Below, in pieces: positions 28,028 through 38,537 of a stretch of 64,000 nt of DNA. The stretch's first letter is position 1, and each line of letters opens with the position of its first letter. The stretch comes from Deferribacterales bacterium. GTDB lineage: Bacteria; Chrysiogenota; Deferribacteres; Deferribacterales; Geovibrionaceae. Below the pieces are notes generated by a model, which did not search any database, was not told the origin of the DNA, and saw nothing but the letters and a program-made list of their open reading frames with translations. Location of the stretch: NCBI GenBank assembly GCA_050251945.1, contig JBFWLW010000003.1, positions 64,001-128,000 on the forward strand. Direction: 5' to 3'. The position numbers and the translations under genes are program-made.

Positions 28028-29491
28028 TCACTTCACTTTATCAAGTGAAATCCCCATTGCTTCTGCAACACCTTTGCCGTATGCAGGGTCGGCCTTGAGA
28101 CAGTTGCCGATATGTCTTATTTTCACCATTTCCGGCGCATCGCCCATGGCGCGCGCGGTGTTCCAGAAAAGCACCTTCTGCTGTGCAGGGGACATCAGAC
28201 GGAAGAGCATACCCGGCTGGGTGTAGTAATCGTCGTCGTCCTCGCGGAAGTCATACTGGAAAGCTGCACCGTCAAGCTCAAGCGGCGGCTCTTTTATCTG
28301 CCACTGATCCTTCCATTCGCCATAGCTGTTTGGTTCGTATGCCAGAGTTGAACCCTGATTTCCGTCAACACGCATCTGCCCGTCCCTGTGGTAGCTGTGG
28401 AAGGGACAGCGCGGCTTATTTACAGGAATCTGATGATGGTTCACGCCAAGTCTGTAGCGCTGTGTATCCCCGTATGAAAACAGCCTTCCCTGAAGCATCC
28501 TGTCAGGTGAAAAGCTTATGCCCGGCACGATATTGGCAGGGTTGAAAGCTGCCTGTTCCACATCCTGAAAGTAGTTCTCAGGATTCTGGTTCAGCTCGAA
28601 ATAACCTACTTCCATAAGCGGAAAATCTTTTTTATACCATACTTTTGTAAGATCGAACGGATTATAGGGCATCTTCTGCGCCTGTTCCTCTGTCATAAGC
28701 TGAACGTACATCTTCCATCTGGGATAGTCACCCTTGTCAATGCTTTCCAGCAGGTCGCGCTGGTTGCTCTCGCGGCATTTGCCTATGACCTTTTCCGCCT
28801 CTTCATCCGTTAGATTTTCAATGCCCTGCTGTGAAACGAAATGAAATTTAACCCACGTACGCACGTTGTCCGCGCTGATAAAGCTGAAAGTGTGGCTTCC
28901 GAAACCGTGCATATGTCTGTATGAGCGCGGTATCCCCCTTTCGCTCATGGTTATAGTAACCTGATGGAGCGCTTCGGGGAGAGATGTCCAAAAGTCCCAG
29001 TTGTTCTTTGCACTGCGAAGGTTTGTTCTCGGGTCACGCTTTACGGCATGATTAAGGTCGGGAAATTTCAACGGATCGCGCAGAAAGAAAACGGGGGTAT
29101 TGTTGCCGACAAGGTCCCAGTTGCCCTCCTCGGTATAAAATTTCATGGCGAAACCGCGTATGTCTCTCTCCGCATCCGCAGCACCCCGCTCGCCTGCTAC
29201 TGTTGAAAAGCGGACGAACATGTCCGTTTTCTTACCTATGTCGGAAAACATCTTCGCCTTTGTATATTTCGTTATGTCGTTTGTGACCGTGAAAGTTCCG
29301 AAGGCGCCGGAACCCTTTGCGTGCATCCTCCTTTCGGGGATGACCTCTCTGTCGAAATGCGCCAGCTTTTCAAGAAACCATATGTCCTGAAGAAGCATGG
29401 GACCTCTTTTTCCTGCCTGCACAACGTTCTGATTATCCGCAACGGGAACACCCGCCGCGGTGGTCAGATGTTTTTCATTCTTCTTATCCAT
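28028..29491 (-). CDS. katA: Monofunctional heme catalase (small subunit)
   Basis: [27 protein letters not shown] and [14 protein letters not shown] motifs. Confidence 0.97.
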   Translation of the reverse strand: MDKKNEKHLTTAAGVPVADNQNVVQAGKRGPMLLQDIWFLEKLAHFDREVIPERRMHAKGSGAFGTFTVTNDITKYTKAKMFSDIGKKTDMFVRFSTVAGERGAADAERDIRGFAMKFYTEEGNWDLVGNNTPVFFLRDPLKFPDLNHAVKRDPRTNLRSAKNNWDFWTSLPEALHQVTITMSERGIPRSYRHMHGFGSHTFSFISADNVRTWVKFHFVSQQGIENLTDEEAEKVIGKCRESNQRDLLESIDKGDYPRWKMYVQLMTEEQAQKMPYNPFDLTKVWYKKDFPLMEVGYFELNQNPENYFQDVEQAAFNPANIVPGISFSPDRMLQGRLFSYGDTQRYRLGVNHHQIPVNKPRCPFHSYHRDGQMRVDGNQGSTLAYEPNSYGEWKDQWQIKEPPLELDGAAFQYDFREDDDDYYTQPGMLFRLMSPAQQKVLFWNTARAMGDAPEMVKIRHIGNCLKADPAYGKGVAEAMGISLDKVK

Positions 29492-29552
29492 AGTTTTTGC
29501 CTCCTGCCTGCCGGTTTTCCTGAACGTTCATAAAAAACCTGCATCTCCTATT

Positions 29553-29567
29553 TTATAATAATTATTT
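29553..29567. promoter_or_regulatory. PerR-like box upstream of katA
   Basis: TTATAATAATTATTT, 13/15 to TTATAATNATTATAA. Confidence 0.6.
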
Positions 29568-29771
29568 TCCACTTGCAAATTATAACAACAAACTTCTTGA
29601 GAAAATTTTTATTAAAAAACTCTTTATATTTTTTACAAATATTACATTCAGTTAACGGAAATGGTAAAAAGACCTTTTTTATATGTATTTCCGTGTTAAA
29701 AAGGCTTTATTCAAATGACAGGCGCAACTTTTTTTGATATATTGGAGCATCCTCATTATCGGAGTTCAAAC

Positions 29772-30131
29772 GTGAAAATACTTGTCGTAGACGATTCAGG
29801 CTTTGCCCGCAGAGCGCTCATAAAACTACTCAACGAACAGCTTGAAGGCTGGCAGATAATTGACACCGGCGACGGGAAGCAGGCTGTTCCGCTTTTTAAA
29901 CAGCATAAACCTGATCTTGTATTTCTCGACCTGACAATGCCGGAGGTACGCGGCGAAGAGATACTTGAAGAAATACGCTCATTTGATAAAGAATCAAAAA
30001 TAATAGTGGTTTCCGCCGATATTCAGCTTAAAACCCGTGCAAACGTTATTGCCCTCGGCGCAAACTATATGGTGAACAAACCCATAAACGCCGAAAAGAT
30101 TGCACAGGCATTGACAACCGTCATGTGCTGA
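29772..30131 (+). CDS. Single-domain response regulator (CheY-like)
   Basis: KILVVDDS...PDLVFLDLTMP...VSAD...KP; GTG start after GGAG. Confidence 0.92.
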   Translation: MKILVVDDSGFARRALIKLLNEQLEGWQIIDTGDGKQAVPLFKQHKPDLVFLDLTMPEVRGEEILEEIRSFDKESKIIVVSADIQLKTRANVIALGANYMVNKPINAEKIAQALTTVMC

Positions 30132-30150
30132 TGCAAACCGAGGTCATAAA

Positions 30151-30774
30151 ATGAACCACCTGACGGAAATTCAAACGGAAGCGATGATAGAGCTTTTCAA
30201 CATAGCGTACGGAATGGCAACATCGCTGATTTCAGACTCCATCGGAATGCATTCGACCATGTACGTTCCTGAAATGGAGATAGTCAGCATTGACGAATTT
30301 ACTAACGTCGCCTATAACTCCATCGACAAGGGAAAAGGCTATTTTATAGTGTCACAGGTGTTTCTGAACTACCTTGAAGGCGAATCCGTAATGCTGATGA
30401 GCACGCGCTCCGCAAAGGCGCTTACCGAGTGCTACGCAAAAATGGACGACAGTCTTAATCCGGAAGACCCTGACGATGTGAAAAGCTGTACCCTTGAAAT
30501 AACCAACATAGTGTCGTCTGCTCTCCTTGGCAGGATAGCCGATCTGACAAACACCGAAATATATTTCCAGCCGCCGGAGATCCGTATTTTCGACCATACG
30601 AAGCTGGCGGAAATGAACCGGAATCAGGAATTCACACAGGTTATCGTTATTAAGATAATCATTGACGTGGATTCCACAGAGATTAAAGGAAACATGTATA
30701 TTCTGCTGAAAGAGGACTCTTTCGGCAAATTTAAACAGGCGCTCGACTACTTTATAGAGAGCTACTCCGGATAA
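30151..30774 (+). CDS. CheC-like phosphatase
   Basis: Two ExxN motifs (ELFNIAYG, EITNIVSS) and FQPPEI. Confidence 0.8.
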   Translation: MNHLTEIQTEAMIELFNIAYGMATSLISDSIGMHSTMYVPEMEIVSIDEFTNVAYNSIDKGKGYFIVSQVFLNYLEGESVMLMSTRSAKALTECYAKMDDSLNPEDPDDVKSCTLEITNIVSSALLGRIADLTNTEIYFQPPEIRIFDHTKLAEMNRNQEFTQVIVIKIIIDVDSTEIKGNMYILLKEDSFGKFKQALDYFIESYSG

Positions 30775-30777
30775 TTT

Positions 30778-33135
30778 TTGATGATATCCCTCAACTACCT
30801 CGATCACATCCTGAACGGCGCAATGGTTCTGGATGAAAATTTGATCGTCCACTATTTCAATCATTGGCTCGAAATCCAGACCGGTATAAAAAAAAGCGAA
30901 GTCGAAGGAAAACCCATTACAGATAACTTCCCTGACGTTAACGCAAACATGCTGAAACGAAAAATGCGTCAGGTGTTCACGCTTAACACTCCGGCATTTA
31001 TAAACGCAGAAGCTGAAAAATATATCATAAAGATACCTAACAGAAAACTCACCGGAAGCCTGTTTCCCTATATGTTACAGGATGGCGTTATAACATCCTA
31101 TGACAAGGAGAAAAAACAGGTTCTCTGTATGGTCTACGACCAGACGTCCCTGTTTGAGACCAGAGCAAACCTTGAGATAAGCGCTGCAAAACTGGCAGAA
31201 CAGCACGTTCTGCTGCAGAACACCATGGACTTTCAGACGAATATAATATTCGTTATGAACGAAAAACGGGTAATCAACTGGAACTACAGCTTTCTCGAAC
31301 TTTTCGGCTATGACATTGTGGACAGGATAAATTCAGGTTCAGCAGACCTTATGAGCTTCATAACCCACGACAGCTATCTGACGACTAAGGAAACGAGCTT
31401 CTACAGCTTTATCCGCACAAGTCTCGAATCTGACATAACCAACAGAATAACCGTGTTCGACCGCAGCGGAAAAGAGCGCACGTTTATTTTCAGCGCAAGA
31501 AAAATGCCTGAGCGCGAGAACTATATAATAGTCTCCATGACGGACATCACCCGCATAAAAAACAAGGAAAGGCTGCTTCAGGACATAAACAATGAACTGA
31601 GCCGCAAATATGACGAAAAGAACCTTGAGCTTAAAAAACTGAACTTTGAACTGAGCAGAAGCCGCGACCAGCTACAGCTTGCTCAGGAGGTCGCCAGATC
31701 AGGCAGTTTTGAATATTTCTGCTCAGACGGCAGCATAATAGTCAGTCAAGGCATGAAAACCATACTCGGCGACCCTGACTTTAAACCTGATACGGTTGAC
31801 GATATCCACAGATTCTTCCACGGATCACATGCAGAGGGCATAAAACAGCTCTGCAAAAAAACTATCGACATGGATGCAGGCAACTTCTCCGTCTTTTCAG
31901 AGATTGTGAGCATAAACGGGCGCAAAAAACCCGTAGGGATATATGGCAAGGTATTCGGCAACGACAAGGAGGGCAAGCGCCTTCTGGTCACCATGCAGGA
32001 TCTTACTGATATCCGCGAACTTGAGAAACAGGTCAAGGACAAGGAAAGACTGCTCGCGTCGCTGTTCGACATAGCCGACATCGGATTTGTTATTCTCGAC
32101 GCTGAGAGCAACATAATCCGCGTTAACAAGGAATTTGCAGACATGACAGGCTACGCCGAACTGGAGATACTCGGCAGAAAACTGGATTATTTCAACATCC
32201 TGTCCCACAAAAGCGACTATGAAAAATACGTCCGCACATCGTCCGGCTGTATCTCCGAAGTAGTGTTCAAAAACAGGAACGGCGAAAGCCGGTATGCTTA
32301 TATGAACGTCACGGTATATCCAGTTGATGACAGGACATCCTACAGCGTTTACGCCTTCACCGACATAACGGACCGCATTTCCATCCTCTCCGAGCAGAAG
32401 GATCAGGAACAGCTTCTTATACAGCAGTCCAGAATGGCGGCAATGGGCGAAATGATAGGTGTCATCGGTCACCAGTGGAAACAGCCGCTGAACGTGCTGA
32501 ACCTTGTGCTGGAAAACATCAGGGAATCTGTCGAAGGCGGACATGCCGACTTTAACGAAATAGAAAAACTGACCGATACCTGCATAGAGCAGATTAAATT
32601 CATGGCGGAGACCATAGAGGACTTCCGCAACTTTTTCAGTCACGACAAAACCCCGCGTCCTTTCGACCTTATAGGTACACTGAGCAACACCGTGCGGCTT
32701 CTCTCCCCTCTGTTCGGCGTGCGCGGCACACAGATAGACATCACAAACAACCTCTCACCAAGAGAGGCTGTGTATGGGGTGGCGAACGAGTTCCGCCACT
32801 GCATAATGAACATACTGTCCAACTCAAAGGATGCCATACAGCAGAGATGCAATGCGGACAGCGATTTCAATGGTCACGTGAACATAGATATTTCAGGGAA
32901 CAGCGAACGGCTGGTGGTAAAAATATCCGATAACGGCGGCGGCATACCCAAAAACGTGATAGAGCATATCTTTGACCCGTATTTCACCACTAAAGGGGAA
33001 AAAGGTACCGGAATCGGTATGTATATGGTAAAGCTGATTATCAGAAAGATGAACGGGGACATCACCGCCCACAACGTTGACGGCGGAGCCTGCATGACAA
33101 TAACCCTGCCCAAGATTCAGCCGAAGAAGAACTGA
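30778..33135 (+). CDS. Cytoplasmic multi-PAS sensor histidine kinase
   Basis: PAS segments; H-box IGHQWKQPLN; DNGGG and FDPYFTTKGEKGTGIGMY. Confidence 0.93.
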   Translation: MMISLNYLDHILNGAMVLDENLIVHYFNHWLEIQTGIKKSEVEGKPITDNFPDVNANMLKRKMRQVFTLNTPAFINAEAEKYIIKIPNRKLTGSLFPYMLQDGVITSYDKEKKQVLCMVYDQTSLFETRANLEISAAKLAEQHVLLQNTMDFQTNIIFVMNEKRVINWNYSFLELFGYDIVDRINSGSADLMSFITHDSYLTTKETSFYSFIRTSLESDITNRITVFDRSGKERTFIFSARKMPERENYIIVSMTDITRIKNKERLLQDINNELSRKYDEKNLELKKLNFELSRSRDQLQLAQEVARSGSFEYFCSDGSIIVSQGMKTILGDPDFKPDTVDDIHRFFHGSHAEGIKQLCKKTIDMDAGNFSVFSEIVSINGRKKPVGIYGKVFGNDKEGKRLLVTMQDLTDIRELEKQVKDKERLLASLFDIADIGFVILDAESNIIRVNKEFADMTGYAELEILGRKLDYFNILSHKSDYEKYVRTSSGCISEVVFKNRNGESRYAYMNVTVYPVDDRTSYSVYAFTDITDRISILSEQKDQEQLLIQQSRMAAMGEMIGVIGHQWKQPLNVLNLVLENIRESVEGGHADFNEIEKLTDTCIEQIKFMAETIEDFRNFFSHDKTPRPFDLIGTLSNTVRLLSPLFGVRGTQIDITNNLSPREAVYGVANEFRHCIMNILSNSKDAIQQRCNADSDFNGHVNIDISGNSERLVVKISDNGGGIPKNVIEHIFDPYFTTKGEKGTGIGMYMVKLIIRKMNGDITAHNVDGGACMTITLPKIQPKKN

Positions 33136-33761
33136 TGCTTAAGACAAATTCCTATAATCTGCTTATATTTCTGTCACTTGCCTGTGCGATCTCTCTCGTT
33201 TTTCTGGACATACCGGTTGCGGAATTCTTTAAATCACACGAGAATAAGGCATTCTTCAGATTCAGCACGGAGATAACTGAGCTTGGCAAGTCGGATATCT
33301 ATATCCCTCTGTCCCTTGCGGTATGGCTGATTTTCCGCAAACGCAATCCGCTGGTTGCAAAAATTGCGCTGTCAGTCTTCCTGACGGTGGTCATAGCGGG
33401 GCTTGCATCAAACCTTACGAAATTCTTTTTCGGGCGGAACAGACCTGTGATGCTGTACGATTTTGACACATACGGGTTCGAGTTCTTTCATACAAAATAC
33501 TATAAAACGTCCTTCCCGTCTGGACACACGACTGTCGCTGCGGCGCTTGGTTCCATGCTGGCGCTCCACTGGCGCAAACTGACAGTTCCTGCGGCAGTTT
33601 TCATAATACTTATGGCTGTGACAAGGCTTTCAACTCTGAATCATTTTCTGAGCGACACTCTGGCAGGGATGATACTGGGAATAGGGGTCAGCGTTCTGAT
33701 ATACGACAGGATGTTCAAAGATCGTAAAGGCGCGCAAACTTCTCTGTACAGTCCTCAATAA
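33135..33761 (+). CDS. PAP2 family membrane phosphatase
   Basis: KFFFGRNRP, SFPSGH and TRLSTLNHFLSD motifs. Confidence 0.92.
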   Translation: MLKTNSYNLLIFLSLACAISLVFLDIPVAEFFKSHENKAFFRFSTEITELGKSDIYIPLSLAVWLIFRKRNPLVAKIALSVFLTVVIAGLASNLTKFFFGRNRPVMLYDFDTYGFEFFHTKYYKTSFPSGHTTVAAALGSMLALHWRKLTVPAAVFIILMAVTRLSTLNHFLSDTLAGMILGIGVSVLIYDRMFKDRKGAQTSLYSPQ

Positions 33762-34305
33762 CGTACCTGTCGCGCTCCGGCGACGGCATGGGCAATATGC
33801 CGAGAAGAACAGGCCAGAAGAGCGCCTCTTTCACCATACCCAGATACTGCTGTGCGGCGAGAGGTATATCGTTTATGGGTTTTCCGGTGGATTGAAGATA
33901 GTCTCCCACCGAATTCAGCAGCGAGCGTATACCGTTCTCCGAATAGACGGTCTTAAGCTCCGGAAAACGACCCGATTCGCCCATTACCAGACGAAGCAGT
34001 TTTGTGAAGCGTTCGCTCCTGAGCATCAGAAGGCATTTCGCAGCATAGTCCGCAAGATCGCGTTTTATGTCGGCTCCTTCGCTGTAAACCATCTCCGGCA
34101 CTCCGAACTCTGTCCAGATATCCTTCACTATCTCCGAAAAAAGCTGTTCTTTCGACGGAAAATGGTTGTAAACCGTGCGCTTTGAAACACCGGCCATTGA
34201 GGCTATTGCGTCCATGCTGACGTTCCCGTATCCGCTGTCCAGAAACAGTTTTGAAGCAGCCCGCACAACTGCCGATCTCTTCCTTTGGCTGAAACTCTCT
34301 TCCAA
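33715..34305 (-). CDS. TetR/AcrR family regulator
   Basis: GYGNVSMDAIASMAGVSKRTVYNHFPSKEQLF. Confidence 0.95.
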   Translation of the reverse strand: MEESFSQRKRSAVVRAASKLFLDSGYGNVSMDAIASMAGVSKRTVYNHFPSKEQLFSEIVKDIWTEFGVPEMVYSEGADIKRDLADYAAKCLLMLRSERFTKLLRLVMGESGRFPELKTVYSENGIRSLLNSVGDYLQSTGKPINDIPLAAQQYLGMVKEALFWPVLLGILPMPSPERDRYVIEDCTEKFARLYDL

Positions 34306-34364
34306 TTTGCTCTCCTTCCGGTGCCGATTATACTCATCAGTTTACATAATTACAATAAATTGTG

Positions 34365-34407
34365 TTGACTTTCCCCGCAACAGATATAAACTACACCGTA
34401 TAGTTTA
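34365..34407 (+). promoter_or_regulatory. Promoter and TetR-type operator for the aldo/keto reductase
   Basis: TTGACT-16nt-TAAACT overlapped by the palindrome TAAACTA-N7-TAGTTTA (34387-34407), between the divergent tetR and akr genes. Confidence 0.65.
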
Positions 34408-34424
34408 CTTTTACGGAGGACGAT

Positions 34425-35405
34425 ATGGAAAAGAGACAGCTTGGCAAACTGACAGTTTCCGCCATGGGGCTCGGGTGCATGGGCATGAGCGAATTCTATG
34501 GTCAGACTGACGACGATGAATCTATAAAGGTCATACATGCGGCGCTCGATAGCGGCATCACAATGCTTGACACGGCGGACATGTACGGCATAGGACATAA
34601 TGAAGAACTGGTGGGCAGAGCCGTTAAAGGACGCAGGGACAGCGTCATTATAGCCACTAAATTCGGAATCGTCCGCGAAAAGGGCAAATATGAACGCACT
34701 ATCTGCGGAACGCCGGAATACGTCCGCTCCGCATGCGAAGCCAGCCTGAAACGCCTCGGCATCGACACAATTGACCTTTACTACCAGCACAGGAAAGACC
34801 CGAACGTTGCCATTGAAGAGACTGTTGGGGCAATGGCGGAGCTTGTTAAAGAGGGTAAGGTCAGAAATCTCGGACTTTCCGAATGCAGTGCGGAAACACT
34901 CCGCCGCGCCTCGAAAGTCCACACCATAACAGCCCTGCAAACGGAATATTCACTGTGGACGCGCGACATAGAAACGGAGATACTTCCGGCATGCCGCGAA
35001 CTCGGCATTGGTCTGGTGGCATACAGTCCGCTTGGACGGGGATTTCTCACTGGTGCGCTGTCCGCACCTGACAACCTCGACGAAAAGGATTTCCGCAGAT
35101 TAAGCCCCAGATTCAGCGGGGACAACCTGAAAGAGAACGCAAAAATAGTAGACGAGCTTTCGGAAATATCGAAAAAAATCGGATGCACTAACGCACAGCT
35201 TGCTCTGGCTTGGGTTTTGTCAAAAGGCAGAGACATTGTGCCGATACCCGGAACAAAACGTATAAAATATCTTAACGACAACCTTGAAGCGTGCAATATA
35301 AGGCTTTCGGCAGAAAATATTGCCGCGATAGAGCGCATCGTTTCACCGGAAAGAGTGAAAGGGGCGCGATATCCGGAAGAGGGCATGAAAGGACTTAACG
35401 GATAA
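34425..35405 (+). CDS. Aldo/keto reductase
   Basis: [36 protein letters not shown] and PIPGTK motifs. Confidence 0.96.
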   Translation: MEKRQLGKLTVSAMGLGCMGMSEFYGQTDDDESIKVIHAALDSGITMLDTADMYGIGHNEELVGRAVKGRRDSVIIATKFGIVREKGKYERTICGTPEYVRSACEASLKRLGIDTIDLYYQHRKDPNVAIEETVGAMAELVKEGKVRNLGLSECSAETLRRASKVHTITALQTEYSLWTRDIETEILPACRELGIGLVAYSPLGRGFLTGALSAPDNLDEKDFRRLSPRFSGDNLKENAKIVDELSEISKKIGCTNAQLALAWVLSKGRDIVPIPGTKRIKYLNDNLEACNIRLSAENIAAIERIVSPERVKGARYPEEGMKGLNG

Positions 35406-35429
35406 CACACGGCGGGCAGAGAGTCAGCT

Positions 35430-35833
35430 CAGACCGATGACAAACTGGATCTTACGTTCCTTAATCCCCCTTTAGAAAAGGGGGATTTTGGTTAAACATC
35501 AATCAAATCCACCCCAACCCTCCTTTTTCAGCAAGCTAGGAACACTAACCGCGGGTTGAATGAGTCTGCATTCAATTAATCGTCGAATAGAAACATTTGC
35601 AAAAATAAAGCAAATGTTTTGCTATAGGAGGGAGAAAATGGAAATTATGACTTTATCAACAACCTACAGATTCATACAAAACAATTAGACTGCTTCGGGC
35701 TAAAGCCCTCGCAGAGACAGGTTTTTCTTTCCGTCTTTGCGAGCACTAGCCGAAGGCTGAATGAGTCCACTTTAAACTATTTGTCGAATAAAGCGAAGCA
35801 ATCCAGTCTTTTCTCCTCTTTATCATCAGTCCG
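35430..35833. mobile_element. Two tandem MITE-like elements carrying REP hairpins and nested 45-47 bp insertions
   Basis: CAGACCGATGACAAA...TTTATCAACAACCT (35430-35665) and CAGATT...TTTATCATCAGTCCG (35667-35833); flanked by GGCGGGCAGA at 35411 and 35834. Confidence 0.7.
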
Positions 35834-35857
35834 GGCGGGCAGAAATGTCCGCTTTTT

Positions 35858-38404
35858 TTATCTGCAGACGCCGCACGACAGAGCCGGAATTTCTATAATA
35901 AATTCAACACCTCCGTTCAGATTGCGGAAGGTAAGTCTGCCTTTGAAATGTTCCTTGACTATCAGCTTGCTCATATAAAGTCCTATACCGGTTCCCTGTT
36001 CCGGCCCCTTGGTAGTGAAATACGGGTCGAACACCTTCTCTGCGATATCATCCGCTATACCTCCGGCGTTGTCGGACACATATACCCTGAGGACGCAGTC
36101 TTTGCAGGTCACTTTTATGTTTATAAACGGACTGCTGACACCTGAATTAAAAAATGCATCCTTGCTGTTTGTTATCAGATTCAGCATCACCTGCGAAAAC
36201 TCGTTTGCAACACCGAAAATTTTTGCGTCGCGCTCTTTTTCAACGGCAACTCCTATGTTGTTGGCAAAAAGCTGCTGCCTGACCAGTCCGATGACCATAT
36301 CAATCTGTTCCGAAGCGGAGAATTCAACTCTCTCCTTATCTGTGCGGAAGAAATTGCGGAAATCGTCAATGGTGCTGGACATAAAAAGTATCTGTTTCAT
36401 GCACATCTCGACGAATTCATCCATCACCTCGCCGTTAAGCGTATCGAAATCATATTCTTCCTGTATATTCTGAACCATCAGCGACATGACGTTAAGGGGC
36501 TGTCTCCACTGGTGGGCTATGGCTCCTATCATCTCGCCCATGGCGGCAAGCCTGCCCTGCTGCATGAAAAGCCGCTCCTGTTCCATTCGTTTTTTCGTTT
36601 CAAGCGCCACTTTTGACTCAAGGTCGGTGTTCATATCCAGAAGTTTATCCTCGGCAAGCTTGCGTTCGGTCACGTCTGTCATCACCCACAGGGAATAGGG
36701 TTCGACTTCCTTCTCCTCGATAAGTTTTCCTGAAACCTCCACCCATGCGAGACTTCCGTCCTGTTTGCGGAACTGTGTCCTTGCCTTTGCATATCCGCTC
36801 TTTCTGAGAACCTCCTCGGAATCTATAAACCTGCCGAAATCGGTAAAATGGTTTTCGTCGGGATGTATCACCATTGTGGATTTTCCGATTATCTCGTCAG
36901 TCCCGTACCCGAACATTTCCAGAAAGGCGTTGTTCACCCACTCAAACCGCCTGTTTTTGACCTGTATTATCGCGACCAGCGAATTCTCGAGTATTGCCGA
37001 CTGGCGCAGGTTAAGCGCAAGCAGTTCCGCCTCTGCGCTTTTTCTGCGGGTGATATCTTCAACTATCATTATAATAAACATGGGTGTATCGCTCTTATCT
37101 CTAAGGATGGAGGCGGTTATCTCGACCCATATTATGTCCGAATCCTTGCGGACTATGCGTCTCTCTGTGACGTAGGTGTCTATGCTTCCGCTGACCAGCC
37201 CCGACACACAGCCCGCACTGCTCACCGCGTCATCAGGATGGGCTATGTCAAGCATGGTTCTTTTCCGCAGTTCGTCCCTGCTGTAGCCCGATATCCTGCT
37301 GAAACACGAGTTAGCCTTTATAAACCTGCCGTCCAGAGTTGTCATGACGATTCCCACCGCAGCCTGTTCAAAGGTACGCCGGTAGCGCTCCTCGCTCTCA
37401 TAGAATTTCTGAGACATCTGTTCCGCCATCTCGAACGCCTTGCTTCTCGTCTTAAGCAGGATATATATAAGCAGAGAAAGAAGCAGTCCTGTGACACCGC
37501 CGCCGATAAGGATAAGCAGCGGTTTGTCCATATCGAATTTTTCAAAGAACGCATCCCCTGCCTGAAATTTCAGATACCATGTTCTGCCGTACATTTTAAG
37601 AGGAACGGTTTCTGAAAGCCTCGGCACTCCCGACGTTTTAGTTTCAAACATCAGATTCCCGTCTGCTATGGAGCTGTCATATATCTGAAGCGACACGCCT
37701 TTGGCATAGCTTCCGAAAATTCCTTTCATCAAATCGTTCACCCGGAACGGTGCAGAGATATATCCGTAAAGCCTGTCGTTTCTGAAAACCGGCATCGCCA
37801 TAAGTATGCCTGACGGTGCCTTTTCCGTGACAGTCTCCTGTTTCAGAACCATCTTGCCGGAAACGGCGGTCTTGCCAACCTCTTTAGCGCGTTTCAGCAT
37901 AGCCGCACGCACAGGCTCGCTTGCTAGATCGAAACCCATAACCCTCATGTTCGGGATATTTTCGGGAAACATCATCATCACAACTATATATTCTTCTTTA
38001 TCTGAAACCGGATGCACGCTGTAATCGGGAACACCGGATGCCTTCCCTTCTTTTATATGCTCCGCCAGCTCGTCTTTGCGCACAAGCTTTGCAAAACCCA
38101 TCGCCTGAATACCGGGGTAAAGCCTGTCCAGCTCCAGCGACTTCACATAGCTCATCCACATCTGTCTTGTAACTTTGTCGCCGTTAGCCTTAAAAAGCCC
38201 TTCGCCGCCGCGCAGAACCTGTTCGTAGGTACCCATACGCACGGATATTGCGCTGCTCATTTCGTTCACATGCATTTCAAAAGTGTTGTTGATATTTTTC
38301 TGAAGTGAATCGACAGCCGATTCATACAGCATAATAGATAGCGCAATGGTAAAAACGAAAACAGCCGTAGGAATAAAGCCGCTCAGGGACCTTAACCTGT
38401 CCAT
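35858..38404 (-). CDS. CHASE-PAS-PAS sensor histidine kinase
   Basis: CHASE (YPGIQAMGF...MGFDLASEPVR), two PAS domains, IAHQWRQPLN and FDPYFTTK...GTGIGLY. Confidence 0.94.
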   Translation of the reverse strand: MDRLRSLSGFIPTAVFVFTIALSIMLYESAVDSLQKNINNTFEMHVNEMSSAISVRMGTYEQVLRGGEGLFKANGDKVTRQMWMSYVKSLELDRLYPGIQAMGFAKLVRKDELAEHIKEGKASGVPDYSVHPVSDKEEYIVVMMMFPENIPNMRVMGFDLASEPVRAAMLKRAKEVGKTAVSGKMVLKQETVTEKAPSGILMAMPVFRNDRLYGYISAPFRVNDLMKGIFGSYAKGVSLQIYDSSIADGNLMFETKTSGVPRLSETVPLKMYGRTWYLKFQAGDAFFEKFDMDKPLLILIGGGVTGLLLSLLIYILLKTRSKAFEMAEQMSQKFYESEERYRRTFEQAAVGIVMTTLDGRFIKANSCFSRISGYSRDELRKRTMLDIAHPDDAVSSAGCVSGLVSGSIDTYVTERRIVRKDSDIIWVEITASILRDKSDTPMFIIMIVEDITRRKSAEAELLALNLRQSAILENSLVAIIQVKNRRFEWVNNAFLEMFGYGTDEIIGKSTMVIHPDENHFTDFGRFIDSEEVLRKSGYAKARTQFRKQDGSLAWVEVSGKLIEEKEVEPYSLWVMTDVTERKLAEDKLLDMNTDLESKVALETKKRMEQERLFMQQGRLAAMGEMIGAIAHQWRQPLNVMSLMVQNIQEEYDFDTLNGEVMDEFVEMCMKQILFMSSTIDDFRNFFRTDKERVEFSASEQIDMVIGLVRQQLFANNIGVAVEKERDAKIFGVANEFSQVMLNLITNSKDAFFNSGVSSPFINIKVTCKDCVLRVYVSDNAGGIADDIAEKVFDPYFTTKGPEQGTGIGLYMSKLIVKEHFKGRLTFRNLNGGVEFIIEIPALSCGVCR

Positions 38405-38502
38405 TACATACCCCGCACGGATAACAATTGATTATATTTTAATCATAACATAAATATTACAATTTACCACGCTTTCAGAATATTTTCGGACAGAATGTGA
38501 AC

Positions 38503-38528
38503 AAAAGCCGGCGGGGCAGCCCCGCCGG
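38503..38528 (-). terminator. Rho-independent terminator
   Basis: CCGGCGGGG/CCCCGCCGG stem with an A-tract on the + strand left side. Confidence 0.8.
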
Positions 38529-38537
38529 ATAGATGTA

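Noticed and set aside
33715..33761. 47-bp convergent overlap of the PAP2 and TetR genes as antisense regulation
   Set aside because: Short tail-to-tail overlaps are common; nothing else supports a function.
35411..35850. CRISPR array or tRNA in the repeat-rich intergenic regions
   Set aside because: No regularly spaced identical repeats with unique spacers, no cas genes, and no cloverleaf or T-loop consensus.
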